DNA of 63,588 bases, the filler included, from Octopus bimaculoides (lineage: Eukaryota): NCBI RefSeq assembly GCF_001194135.2. It is 11 parts of 10 records of this genome, joined end to end, with 100 filler letters (N's around TTAATTAATTAA, not from the genome) between each part and the next. Parts side by side here need not be neighbours in the genome. Positions count along the whole stretch, not along the records: positions 9,659 to 18,696 come from NC_068991.1; positions 18,797 to 20,393 come from NW_026374812.1; positions 20,494 to 38,466 come from NC_068982.1; 8 more parts are not named here. One strand, given 5' to 3'. This document shows positions 12,270-25,125 of this stretch, piece after piece. Positions within the stretch are counted from its first letter, which is position 1; each line of letters starts with the position of its first letter. The notes beneath the pieces were generated by a model that saw only the letters and a program-made list of their open reading frames with translations, did no database searches and was not told the DNA's origin. The position numbers were made by a program, and so were the translations under genes.

Positions 12270-14522
12270 TTCTATTCTCTATGCAAACATCAGTGGCACA
12301 TATCAGTCCAACATCATATTGCATCTTACTTTAATAAATCATTGAGCAGGGCCCTTACATTGTGTATATTGGGAATGTAAATTTGATAGTAATTTACTAA
12401 ACCCAAGAATGCTTGTAGCATAGTCACATTATTTGGCATGGGCATATTTTTTTATCACAGTTGCTCTGGATGGATCTGGTTTCCATCCATTTTTATCTGT
12501 TATCTGATTCAAGTATTTAATTTTTTTCAGAAAGAATTCATGTTTTCCCTCATTTAACTTAAAACCATATTCTCTTATCTTTGCGAATACCCTTTTTACG
12601 TGTTCTACATGTTGTTCATGTGATTTGCTTTTTATTAGGACATCGTCTAAATAGCTGACAGCAAAATCACAGTTACGCAGCATTGTATCCATTACTTGTT
12701 GAAATATGGAAGGAGCCACTTTTACACTGAAAGGAAGCCACTTAAATTTAAATAAACCACTGTGTGTATTAATGGTTAATAAATGTGAGCATTCTTCTAC
12801 TTGGATCTGTAGATATACCTTTTTTATGTAGACTGTAGGTGCTGCCCAGTCTGAATGGTTCATCTTCTTGATTATTTCTAGGCTTTCAAAACTTTGCCTG
12901 AACTGACTATATTTCCACACAAAATATTTATGAGAGTATTCTATGATTTGAACAGTTCCATCCACTCTTGGCCGAATAGATTAACTGAATTAGCACATAT
13001 ACTTTTGCCTTTTTCATTTGATCCCAAAATGTCCCATTACACACAAATTCGCCAATAAAATACAATCTTTTACCCATAACACTGTATGCAACTTTTGTAG
13101 AGTTACTTAATTTTGGCCTACCGTCATACTTTAAAGTTTCCTCATTCGCAATGGTAATATCACTTCCATTGTCTAACTGCATTTTTACTCTTATATTAAT
13201 TTTCACATTTACAAATTTTCTCTTTGTTACATTACCATTTTCTTTCGATCACATCTTTTTTTATTATTTTTCCTTTGTTACAATTTTTGTCATCTTGATT
13301 TTACAGTGTGCTTATATGTGTCTAATTTTTCCACAGTGGAAACATTCCACTCACTTAAATGGGAAGTTTTTTCTCAGGTGTAGACCGCTACATGCAAAAC
13401 ATGGGTTTGTTTGCTGACTTTTGACCTGTTTGTACTGTATTTTAGTGCATGCTTGATTTCTATTCTGCCTGTTTCGCACTTGTTTCACTTGGGAGTAATC
13501 TTTATGTTCAATTTTCTCTGTGCCGTGTCTTAGATTTACTATTCTTTGACACTCTTTTGACACTTGTTAAAAGGTTACACCTTGGTTTTGTTCCAGCTTA
13601 GTGAGAATCCTTGTTCTTACTTCTGCATCTTTTTCTGAAGTTAGTCCCTGAGTAAATATCTGGCACTTGAACATATCTTTTCACATTCTCTGTTAACTCT
13701 GTCAGCATATGTAATGTAGTCCTCCTCATTGTTCTTTTCTAGGTTCAAACATTTCCAACGTGTATTGAACAACCAGCTTTTCTTACTGAAAATTTTACAC
13801 AATATGTTTATTGTATTTTTGAAGTTTATGTCAGAAGGTTTTTTCGGGAGTACATAATTGCTGTAATGCTCATGTTCTCCAGCTGCCAGTTTCCTTAAGA
13901 TTAGATGCAGTTTCATATCATAGTCCCAATCTTTGCACTCCTTATTGAAGATCTGTTCGTATGTTCTGTAGTATGCCTCGAAGGTAACTCCTTCGTCTGG
14001 TTCATACTTAAATTCTGTTATTGAGTTTGCAACATATTCTGGTGAGAACATCTTTTCAGCATTTTCTGATGAGTTACTGTTCATTAATTGTAGCTTTTGT
14101 TGCTGTAATAGTAATTGTTGCTGTTGCTGTTTTTGCAACTTAAGCAAACCAGCTAACAATTTTTCTATAATTTTACAATTTTGTAAACCATATAATTCAC
14201 ACAAAAGACTTTTGTCAGTTTGTGAGTTTTGTAACTCCTTTTGAGTTTGTTTAATCCTCATGCATTTGCTAATTCCTTGTGAGTTTGATAATTCCTCCCG
14301 AGTTTGTTAATTCTTCCTCACCTCTGTTGTAATCCTTAGTCAGACTGTTATCATGTCCACTCCAGTATAGCAGTATAGTTAGTGAGACAAGTAAGACACA
14401 GCAATCTCTGACCATCTACATCGTACTCGCTACTGACACTGACTGACAGAATTTATAATGACTAGCACATACCACTCGTCATGTGGTAGGGGTGTACCAT
14501 TATTACTATCATACCTATAACA
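12270..14522 (-). mobile_element. Degenerate, deleted Ty3/Gypsy LTR retrotransposon (5' LTR, gag, zinc knuckle, protease, RT)
   Basis: LTR TGTTATA...TACAACA at 14522-14325; gag (EFKYEPDEGVTFEAYY..LFNTRWKCLNL); CFACSGLHLRK knuckle; MQLDNGSDIT protease; RT with LFKFKWLPF, APSIFQQVMD and YLDDVLI; then LQAFLGLVNYY. RNase H and integrase are absent. Confidence 0.92.
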
Positions 14523-15189
14523 AATAAAAACGATTTTACTTTTTGATGTTTTGCCGAAATTTTTCTTCAGTAGAGCTGATGTAATTTTCAGTCATGTTGT
14601 TGTCGTAGATTGCTCAATAGATTTATATTTAAGATGAATATTGCTACAGCTTTGAATAAAGGGTTTCTTCATAGAATATGTGTTATGTATGTGTGTATAT
14701 GTGTGTGTATTTATGTGTCTGTACGTATGCATGTCAGTCTATCTGTCTGACTTTGAGATTTGTTTTTTTTCCCTTATTTAGATTTTTCTTCAAACTAGTC
14801 ACAAAGTGACCAGCTCTTTTGTTTAAGTCAAGGCAATTCTTGGGGTTCCTGGATATGTGAATTAATTAGTGCATGATATGTGTGTGGATAGAGGATGTGC
14901 ATATCACTCGTACACTGTTTTTTACTGTTTACGTGAGCACTTGTCTGTGTGTATGCCATATGTAATTACAATTGTGTGCATCTGTTCATTCCAGTTTCAC
15001 TGTACCATTCATTGATTGTGTTTGGCATCCAGCTAAAGAAATCAAGCCACAACAGATTATGGAACCTGGTACAGCCCCTGGCCTTACCAGCTTCTGTGAA
15101 GCTGTCCAACCCATACCAGTATAGAAAATAGATGCTAAATGATGATGGTGATGATGATGGTGATGATTATGATGATGATGATGATGATG

Positions 15190-15933
15190 ATGATAAGGAA
15201 GAGAAACAGGAGGAATGTGAATTAGTTTCATTCCTTTTGAAGAACTCCAGCATTTCCAGGTAGTTATGCAAATCTATTGCTAGATAACCTAGTGCACCTG
15301 TGATAATAGGTCCAAATGAAAATTTATAGCATAGATAGAAGAGATGTAAGTTTCTCATTAGTTTACTATAGATTTTCTTCTTTACCACAATGGTATATAT
15401 ACACAGATATATTAGCTGCTGGGCACCTGATCTCTGCAACAGTGTTCGATTTTTTTGCTCCCTGTCCCATACAACAATATCTGGCTTAATATTTTTATAC
15501 TTACACCAGTACCCTTTATTTTTAATGGTATGGATACATACTGGTTCTAGTGTACCTTTGATCTGATCAATAGAACAACCTTTCCTGCAAATAACATTGT
15601 AAATGGTTTGAGCAATACTGTTTTACATTACAAGAAGGTAGTCTCTTGTGAACTTTTTCAGACAACCATTAATGATGTGGATATCTTCCACACTTGTATG
15701 GCACAATCAGTATTTTCTTTTATGTTTAGAGGCATCTGCATCTCTCTTGTTGATCAAGTATTTAGTAAATGTCTCCTGTTCCTTGATAACAAAGGTGTAT
15801 GGTTCTAAATGAAATGTGTTATATCTGACACAGGTCCAGCAAGGCTGCCCTTTCTGTTAATACTGTTAGTATTCTCTAAATTGTGGAATATGTACCCACA
15901 CATAACTTTCTGCTGGTATAATGAGTATGTCTC

Positions 15934-15935
<2 letters not shown>
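15190..15935 (-). mobile_element. Degenerate restriction-like-endonuclease (R2/R4/Hero-type) non-LTR retrotransposon, 3' part
   Basis: Manual translation gives ..IKEQETFTKYLINKRD..*LCHTSVEDIHIINGC (CCHC knuckle remnant)..IAQTIYNVICRK..NIKPDIVVWDREQK (PD motif)..YKFSFGPIITGALGYL, with internal stops. Confidence 0.8.
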
Positions 15936-15987
<52 letters not shown>

Positions 15988-16012
15988 ATGCATGCATACA
16001 TACATGAATACA

Positions 16013-16890
16013 TGATGATGATGATGGCCGTCCACTCGTGAGCAAGGAAGACCATTGCTGACCTTCAGGAACATTGTGCGAAGGCGGCGAGCTGGCAGAA
16101 ACGTTAGCATGCCGGGTGAAATGCTTAGCAGTATTTCGTCTGCCGTTACGTTCTGAGTTCAAATTCCGCCGAGGTCGACTTTGCCTTTCATCCTTTCGGG
16201 GTCGATAAATTAAGTACCAGTTACGCGCTGGGTCGATGTAATCGACTTAACCCCTTTGTATGTTTAGCCCCTTGCGGGCAATAAAGAAATTGAACATTGT
16301 GCGCTCTAGGACTAACTTATATTTTGTATTTGCGGCTCTGTTGGTGGCTAATGAGCCCTGCTCTTGACAAGTATACACGACTGCAAACATTGCAAACCAA
16401 GCTTTCCCCATTCACTATACGAGCTGTGCGCTTTTGCGCAGCTCGCTTAAGTTCTTCATGCTGGTTACGTGCTCTCTCAAAAGTGTCAATCCCCTCCTTA
16501 ACCTGCTTCATCCATCTGTGGCGATGACAGGCATTGTTCTCCCAGTCAGTGTCCTGCATATCACAGGCCTTTAATGAGGACTTGACATAGTCTTTAAATC
16601 GCAGCTTTGGTTTCTGCCGGAGTCTCCTTCCATTCACAAGTTCTCCAAATAGCATCTGCTTAGGAATCCTGCTATCCTTCATTCTAATAAGGTGTCCAGT
16701 CCAACGTAACCGGTGCTTGTACACCATTGCCTCAATACTCAAGATATCAGCTGTCCTCAGGACCTGTGTGTCTGGAACTTTTGAGGTCCAGCCAACATTG
16801 AGAATGTATCTAAGACATCTCTGATGAAAGCGGTCAAGGACCCTTACCTGACATTTGTACAGAGTCCACATCTCACATGAGTAGAGGAGC
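16013..16890 (-). mobile_element. 5'-truncated RTE-clade LINE (second family) with C-terminal zinc finger, split by a SINE
   Basis: ORF 16317-16904: LLYSCEMWTLY..LDRFHQRCLRYIL..RLRWTGHLIRM..RIPKQMLFGEL..CNVCSRVYLSRAGLISHQ. The 3' UTR continues past the SINE to a (CAT)n tail near 16013-16025. Confidence 0.9.
16081..16291 (+). mobile_element. Full-length tRNA-derived SINE (family B) with 12-bp TSD
   Basis: A-box-like TGGCAGAAACG, B-box GAGTTCAAATTCC, core GCCTTTCATCCTTTCGGGGTCGATAAA, tail GGGCAATAAAGAAAT. TSD GAACATTGTGCG at 16069-16080 and 16292-16303. Confidence 0.9.
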
Positions 16891-18425
16891 ATACATACAT
16901 ACATACCTTCAAGTGGGGAGTAGAGGAGGGAAAAAGGGGATAGAAGGGAGGGGATGTGATATGTGCCAATTCTGCTATCAGGTAGTTACAGCAGCAGAGT
17001 AATACTATAGATGGAGGAGTGACAGGTTATGGAATGAGAATCAGGCGAAATGCTTGATGAGAGAGAGAGAGAGAGAGAAAGAGAAAGAAAGGAGGTGGAC
17101 AGGATCCCACACATACAAACATAAACAATTAGTTTTAGGATGTCTTTTTTGCTGTAATGGCTGGGTCTTCTAGAGCACAGCAAAAATGCCAATCATCTGA
17201 ATCTTTTGTCATCTCTTCCATAAGGCTCATGTAGCGGGCTGGATGAAAAATGTGATATCAGGTTGATATGATGTAGCCCACTACTAAATGTAGTATGTAG
17301 ATGTAACGCTTGAAGGTTCTCGCATCAGAGTAACCAGTAAACATCAAAGAATCAACACCAAGATGGAAGAAATATTATTTACATACATTTATTCATTTGC
17401 CCAACTGGTAGTTAAGAAAACAATAATAATTCTAGTAATAGTGTAGAAAAAGGTTGGTTCGCTGGTTAGTAGTTGGTAGTGTGTAGAAGTTGTCTGTCAA
17501 TATAGAGTGAAAGAGTAAGGAGTGCATTGTACTGACTAGAAAGGAGGAAAGGGTAAAGGTGGCATTGTCTTTCTTGCAGACAAAAGCCTCTCTTCGCATA
17601 TTGGGCAAAGAGCGAATGGAAGTGCTACTCTTGCTCAAGGCTGACGCAAAAGCAGGAGCTGCTCTTTGGTCTGGCTGACACAAAAGAGTGTTGCTCCTTG
17701 GTCTGGTTGACACCAAAGAGAAAGAGATAGGAAATTCTCTCTGTTATATAGACTGGTCAGTAATGTAGGTCAAACCCTAAACAAAAGGCTAACCTTTCCT
17801 TGACCAGCACAGGTCCTAGGGGGTAGAGTGTTTCCTCATCAATCATCTAGCGTGGAAAGGATTTCTCACTTGTTTTGACAAGCAGCAAGTAGGTAGATTT
17901 GGTTTCAAATCTCAGGCAGGGTCAAGTTAGATCCCTACACAGCTCTCCTGCTAGAGAGTTTCTAAAAATGGAAATGAATGATCTAGAGAAAAATGCATTT
18001 TAGAACAAGGTGAAAATAATGTTCAATTGTGAAAAGTATTTTGTTGTTAGTGAATGTAATGTAAGGCTAATAAAAATTGTGCATAACAGGCGAGAGAATC
18101 TTGAGGTATATGGCATAGGTATCTATTTGTGTTAGTCTGAATAGTGGTGTCGCTTTGTGTGTGCAAAATGCAGAATATAACAGTTGGTGCATGACTGAGG
18201 CAGTGAGTGAAAGTGCAAGGGAGTATTCATGAGTATGAGAGAAAGTCCTGCAGCTGTGGAATAAGTTGAGGTGAGTGAGTGTGTGCATTCTCTATCCATG
18301 ATGTAGCAAAAGTTTTCTTGCAGGATTGCATTTTGTGTGAAAATGTCTTGAAGGGGTGCAGAAGTGAAATGTGTTGTTGTCGTAGCCATTTGCTAAGATT
18401 AGCCAGAACGACAACAGTGTGGTAT

Positions 18426-18690
18426 TGTTATATGGACTGTTAGCTATATAATTCGTCTGACGTTCCGTGTGTCATGTGGTTCGTCTGAGTTCATTGTTTC
18501 ATTGTTGTTGTCTTGTGGGACTGTCGTAGTAAAAGGTCATTGATATATATATGGCGGACATGACTTTTGTTTATTCATAACGAACATTGGGTGAGTGCGT
18601 TCTTTGTATGTAATTGAACAATAAATGTAATAATTAAATTGTATAACTCGTTATGTTATCTCTGCGAGTCAGTCCGAGGGAAACATAACA
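18426..18690 (+). mobile_element. Solo LTR with 5-bp TSD
   Basis: TGTTATA...CATAACA flanked by GGTAT on both sides (18421-18425, 18691-18695); homologous to LTR 9967-10200. Confidence 0.9.
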
Positions 18691-18795
18691 GGTATGNNNN
18701 NNNNNNNNNNNNNNNNNNNNNNNNNNNNNNNNNNNNNNNNTTAATTAATTAANNNNNNNNNNNNNNNNNNNNNNNNNNNNNNNNNNNNNNNNNNN

Positions 18796-19020
18796 NGTGT
18801 GTATGTTTGTGTGTCTGTGTTTGTCCCCCCAACTTCACTTGAAAACGGATGCTGGTGTGTTTACGTCCCTGTAACTTAGCGGTTCGGCAAAAGAGACCGA
18901 TAGAATAAGTACTAGGCTTACAAAGAATAAGTCCTGGGGTCGATTTGCTCGACTATGGGCGGTGCTCCAGCATGGCCGCAGTCAAATGACTGAAACAAGT
19001 AAAAGAGTAAAGCAGTAAGG
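18796..19020 (+). mobile_element. tRNA-SINE 3' half (family A)
   Basis: GTGTTTGTCCCCCC..TAACTTAGCGGTTCGGCAAAAGAGACCGATAGAATAAGTACT..GGTGCTCCAGCATGGCCGCAGTCAAATGACTGAAACAAGTAAAAGAGTAAA. Confidence 0.85.
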
Positions 19021-19640
19021 AGTACAGTACTGTTTCTAATTCGGATTTTCACCGATCGCGGTAGTGGTGGGGTGGGTCGGAACGTAACCCCCCCTCTATA
19101 GTCGAAGGATTACTGCATATGTGTCATTCTCTATCGCAGATACATATGCAATAATCAATATTTTCTTTTGCTAATTTGATGATTGCAAGAATTTTCTGGT
19201 ACCCCATAATTAGAATTTCAGAATATGCAAAGATCGCGTGTGCTACAACGCTAACCACTAGATCATGTGACCTCATAGATATGTTACGGTAAAGAATTAG
19301 ACGGGATAAATAGCTGAAAGCAAGCAAATTAAGTTTCATAGAATAAGTTTTATTCATGCAAATAAAGAACTGCTCATGTTATCTCATATTTTCTCTTTAA
19401 TAAATTCTTTAGTTTTACGGTCTTGCTTTAAACCGAAGAACGAGCAGCACTGAGTAGAACATGACGAAAAGTTTGGTCAAAGACAGCTTTGTGGCTAGTT
19501 ACATCATAAATGACTAGCTAACATGTTTCTAAAAAGCCGCCGTTTCTGTCCTCTTTGATCGTGGCTCTTGCGGCGAATGATTTCTCTTCGAATTAATTGC
19601 AATGAATTTAGTGTTCTTTTTGTCACTTTACTGCTATGGG

Positions 19641-19879
19641 CTAACTTCTGGGATCTTCATCGGTATCCTCGGAATACTGATTTGTACTGGGTCTTTCGCT
19701 ATCCTGGCTGTTCTCACTCCTTTCTTTAGTTTCCGAATCTTTGGAAGCATATAAACATCGTATTAAGACATCATAAAGAATGATTGCTATAGGAAGCACC
19801 AACATGAACACCACCAGAGCGATGAGGCCGGACATACAGGCATTGCAGCTTGTCACCATTATCGTCTCGTAAGGTGAAG
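19641..19879 (-). CDS. Candidate terminal exon of an unidentified single-pass membrane protein
   Basis: Acceptor CCTTTTCTTCGCAG at 19880, phase 1. Reads xSPYETIMVTSCNACMSGLIALVVFMLVLPIAIILYDVLIRCLYASKDSETKERSENSQDSERPSTNQYSEDTDEDPRS*, i.e. a hydrophobic helix plus charged tail. AATAAA downstream at 19354-19349. No upstream exon is visible in this contig. Confidence 0.45.
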
Positions 19880-20152
19880 CTGCGAAGAAAAGGATCTTTG
19901 TTTATATATGTATATATATATAAAGCGGTGGTATGTTATCAACTTATTGTGGACAGTCCCAAGAAAGGGAAGAATGCTACTGCTATTTAGCCCTAAGAAA
20001 CACCGTTTCCTGTTGGCCTTGACACATTTTCTGCGTCCTTATGTTTACAAAGGGGAGATAAGCACCTCCACCCAGCAAAGCCAGCATCCAGAGACTAGTT
20101 TCAGAGTCATTGCTCATCATCAGTCTGGAGTAGCATGGCTTGCTAGCTGTCG

Positions 20153-20393
20153 ATGTCTATCTGTAAAAGATTATCTGATCATTATAGTACCTTTAGAGAT
20201 AGAAGTAAAATAGCAAGCACTAGTCTTAGTAAATTCATTTGGGAACTGAAAGAACAAAAAAAGCAATATTCGTTAGAATGGTCGATCATCGGGGGGTCTT
20301 TCCCGTATGACAAGGGTAGGAGGTATTGTTCGTTATGTAATTGAGAACTATATTTTATATTATTCTCTAAGGGTAAGTTGATAAATAAACTAA
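20153..20393 (+). mobile_element. Penelope-like element GIY-YIG endonuclease C-terminal fragment
   Basis: KRLSDHYSTFRDRSKIASTSLSKFIWELKEQKKQYSLEWSII...YCSLCN*E..FI..LINK matches the PLE pattern H..SF...STxLSKxIWxLK...WSI...CxLC. Confidence 0.75.
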
Positions 20394-21139
20394 NNNNNNN
20401 NNNNNNNNNNNNNNNNNNNNNNNNNNNNNNNNNNNNNTTAATTAATTAANNNNNNNNNNNNNNNNNNNNNNNNNNNNNNNNNNNNNNNNNNNNCTAGCTA
20501 GTCGTGAGTGGTCGATCCTATTATTTTTAAACTTCAAACTTCATTTGTTTTCTATTTTGATAAATTCTCTCTGTTGAAAATATATTTTTATATTTTAAAT
20601 AATTTGCAATTTCAGAAAATATATTTTTATATTAAATTTGCGTTTTCTAATTTGATAAATTCTACGGATACAAACAGAGGTGAACGAGTGATAGATATAT
20701 ATATATATATATAGAGAGAGAGATAGTGAGATAGGCAGACAGATAGATAGCTCCGGCTAGTCAGTAGCCAAAGAATCAACTCAAACCAACAGTAACGTTC
20801 CTTGTCAGTTCTACTTTCAATTCTGACAGCTAATACCATGACAGTGCCTAGCTCTTTATTTGTAGTCAGTCACACATGCACACGTGTGATTTTATTTTGT
20901 CTGTACGTTTGTATACATTTATGTATGTGTGTGTGAGTGAAGGGGTGTGTTGTCATGTATACATACGTACATAAATATATATGCATACATCTTTTTTCTG
21001 TGTGTGAGAGAGAAAGAGATGTTTTAAGTGTCTCTCTTTCTCCCTCTCACACACAGGCACACATACATAAAAGAAAGACGTATGCATATTTATGTATGTA
21101 CGTATACATGATAACACACTCATGCACTCACTCGCTCAG

Positions 21140-21186
<47 letters not shown>

Positions 21187-21350
21187 TCCATTTTATCTTT
21201 TCATATTGTTGTTGTTGTTGGCACTCCGTCGCTTACGACGTCGAGGGTTCNNNNNNNNNNNNNNNNNNNNNNNNNNNNNNNNNNNNNNNNNNNNNNNNNN
21301 NNNNNNNNNNNNNNNNNNNNNNNNNNNNNNNNNNNNNNNNNNNNNNNNNN

Positions 21351-22593
21351 GTTGGCAAGAAAGTAATTTCGTTTTCCGCAAATAGATATAGTTACGATTG
21401 TTTTTGAATGGCTATTGTCAGAGTTATGGATTTTTTATGACGTTTGATAGCTGTTACTATTAGCTTACTATCGAAGCAACTTGCTCATAATTTCGTTTAC
21501 AGCTGTTTATTTAGTGCCAATTTTAACATGGAGTGTAAAAACGAACATTTTCACTATATTTTGTTTTTTTATTTCCATAAAGGCAAGAACGTGAAACTTA
21601 CAGTGTTGATTGCTTAAGAGAATGCACAAATGAGAAATGGTTAAAAAAATTCCGTCCTGGTGATTTTTCACTCAAAGATGACCAACATATGGTCAATCTA
21701 CTGAAGTTGATGACTGAATCAAAGCCATAATTGAATCTTCTTGTCATACAACTGTGCAAGAAATTGCAGAGAGGTTAAATGTATCACACACAACAATTGA
21801 AAATCACTTAAAGTGTCTTGGAATCATTAAGAAGCTTGATATTTGGATTCCACTTAAATTGAAAGAGATTCACTTAACACAACCAATCGATATTTGTGAT
21901 ATACATCTCAAATGCAATGAAATGGACCTTTTTTTGAAATAAATCATCATTGGTGATGAAAAATTGATTGTCTCCAATGACATCAATTGAAAACGGTCAT
22001 GGTCCAAGCATAGTGATCCTGCACAAACCACATCAAAAGCTGAATTGCATCAAAAAAAGGTCATGCTGTCAATTTGGTGGGATTACAAAGGTGTTATGTA
22101 TTTTGAGCTGCTTCCAAGGAACCAAACGATCAATACAGATGTTTACTGTTAACAACTAATGAAACTGGAGAAAGCAAGCAAAGAAAAATGGCCAGAATTG
22201 GCAAATCATAAAGGAATCATGTTCCATCATGACAACACTAGACCACACATGTCTTTGCTAACTCGTGAAAAATGATTGGAGCTTGTTTGGGAAGTGATGT
22301 CACATCCACCATATAGCCCTGACCTTGCACCATCAGATTTATTTTGAAGTTAGCAAAATTCTTTGAATGATAAAACTTTCAATAATGATGATGACCTGAA
22401 ATCGCACTTGCTTCAGTTTTTGGCTGATAAGGCCCAGAAGTTCTATGAGCACAGAATCATGAAGTTGCCAGAAAGATGGCAAACGGTCATCGAACAAAAT
22501 GGAAAATATATAATTGATTAAAGTTCATTCTTTGTATGAAAAAAATTACGTTTATTTCACACTAAAAAAACGAAATTACTTTCTTGCCAACCC
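21351..22593 (+). mobile_element. Full-length but inactivated mariner DNA transposon
   Basis: TIRs GTTGGCAAGAAAGTAATTTCGTTTT (21351-21375, left end in gap) and AAAACGAAATTACTTTCTTGCCAACCC followed by TA. Transposase remnants WIPLKL, IGDEKLI, HDNTRPH and PYSPDLAPSD with stops and frameshifts. Confidence 0.93.
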
Positions 22594-24285
22594 TATATAT
22601 ATATGTATATATANNNNNNNNNNNNNNNNNNNNNNNNNNNNNNNNNNNNNNNNNNNNNNNNNNNNNNNNNNNNNNNNNNNNNNNNNNNNNNNNNNNNATA
22701 TATCTTAGTCATATCAGGCATTTTCCATCATTTGTAATAGAAAAATACTAATTATTAAATTAGTGTTATTATATTTAATGCAGTGAGTGCCAAAGCCTAA
22801 CTAGAAAAAATTTGCTAAGGAAAAAAAAAAATCAAAAAGGTATTAGCCATTAATTGATAATACTTTGATCTTTTGGCAGGTAGGGGGAACAATTCTTGAT
22901 ACGGTCTTTTTAGACCTTCTAGTTATTGAAGTAGCAATGAGGGAATCATTAAGTTGATGTGAAATAATGTGCAGTTTCTCAGTGAAATATAGACATCACT
23001 GTAGTTGTCAAAGTAGTGATGAGAGAATCACTAAGAGGTAAAATATTGTGCATTTGGTGTTGCAAAATAGAAATGGTCAACGTATAAGTTACTTTTAGAT
23101 ACCATCTGCATGGGGTTAGTGTTAACATATTTAATGATTTAGTAGTTTTTATTGTCTGTTGAAGAGTTTTCTGGTTGATTTGAGCAGTTCTGATTGTAGA
23201 CATGAATACTCTAATTGAAGTACATTTAATGATGCAGTAGTAAGGGTCAGAGACCAACTAAGGTTTAAGATTTTCAGATACTGTTCACCTGTTTCAGTAG
23301 GTAAATGATGTTGCTATAACATGAAAGATATTCTGTGAAATGGAAACCACAAAACATGGTACTATCTTTCCAGCTTGTTAATGAAATTGGAAATGTACCT
23401 GTATTTAATACCGAGTTTTTTGAGCACATTACCTGTCTGTAGGCTTTTTTAAAAATAATTGTCTTCCATATCTCACTGAATCAGAAATGATGAGTATTAA
23501 CTGAGACCAGAGGAATGAGTTAGAAAATAATCCAATATCTTAGTAATAATGAGGTTAGTCAGAAGAAACGAAGGAATTGTACCTTTATACGCAAGTGCAG
23601 AAAGTCTTCAAATTTTATAAGGAATGAAATGAAGTAAAATAAAATAAAATATATTTATGCTATTACATATAAGAATTTGCCTAGTACCTGACAATGCTTG
23701 TACCTCAAGGCAAATTCATATTTGTAATGACATAAAAATATCTTATTTTACTTCATTCCATTTCCTTATAAAATTTGAAGACTTTTTGTACCAGTTTATA
23801 AATAAACTAAAGAAGAATTTCTTCATTTCTTCTGACTAACCTTATTATTATAACTACTAATATACTATTCTGCTCACAATCAAAAATGTTTTATTCCTAT
23901 ATGCCTTATTTACTTGTTTATAAATTGCGCAATTGTATGGTTGATTTTAACTGAAAAACTGGGGTGCAACTTATACACGGGACAAAACTAAGACTATGAA
24001 GGGAAAAAGTCTGTACTAAGATTAAGCAATAAATTAGGGGTATGACTTATAACATGAGTAAATCTGGTATATTCTTCTGAGACTTATCAATGTGGTTATT
24101 TTAATCTACATGAGATAATACCGAGAACCACTTGATAATACCTCATGTGGGTTAAAACTGTCATAGAGCCAAGTCTTAAATAAAAGAATATAAAACTCTG
24201 CATTTGTATCATGTATTGAGCACTAAATATATGAAAGAAGTTTATTTTGAATGAATCAAATTCAATGAAGATAACACGAACCCCC

Positions 24286-24320
<35 letters not shown>

Positions 24321-25125
24321 GAACTCTGAATGCACTGCTTCTTATAGTTAAAACAATTATAAGCTAATGAATGTGATTGCATAACTCCTGTTCTTTTGTC
24401 ATTTGTTGAATATGCTTTGTACACACCTGATGGTTTCCTCTTAAGTATCAGTATATTGAGTTCTAGCAAAATCTTATTATTATCGCTGTGCATAAGTGAA
24501 ATATTAAAATTTACACACATATACTGGGGGGGGGGGATGACTGGAAATATGGCAGCTTAGAAGAATAAATGTCGAAGTAATGATGATATATAGAGGAAGG
24601 TGTTTATGTATTATGTATGTATATGTGTGTGTGTGTATGTTTGTCTCTCCATGTCTTGACATCATGTGATAATTGTAAATGAGTGTCACTGTCATACAAG
24701 TAGTGTTATTCATTTCCAATTTTCTACAAAAACATGTCTGGCCATGAGGAAATATTACTTTATTTGGAAATAGGTGAGGGTTGACAACAGAAAGGGCATC
24801 TGTCTAGCCACAGAAAAATCTGTGTTTATGAACTCCCTCTGCTCCATGTAAACATGGGAAAGTGGATATTGAAAAAATGAAAATGATGAGGACGAGAGGA
24901 GTTGTTGATAACAATGGTATTGCAATTGTTCAGACTATTTACTTCATCTTTTGTGATAAAGATTTACCTCTACATCATGTTTCAATCAGCTTGATCACTA
25001 CTGATTGCCAACACATCTTATTCCAGGGTGTGTACATAGTATCAGATGGGATTAGAACTGAGAAAATTTTATTTCTAAACTAAGGGTAATTAGCATTCTT
25101 GTTGATTATAGTGTTGACAAATGTA

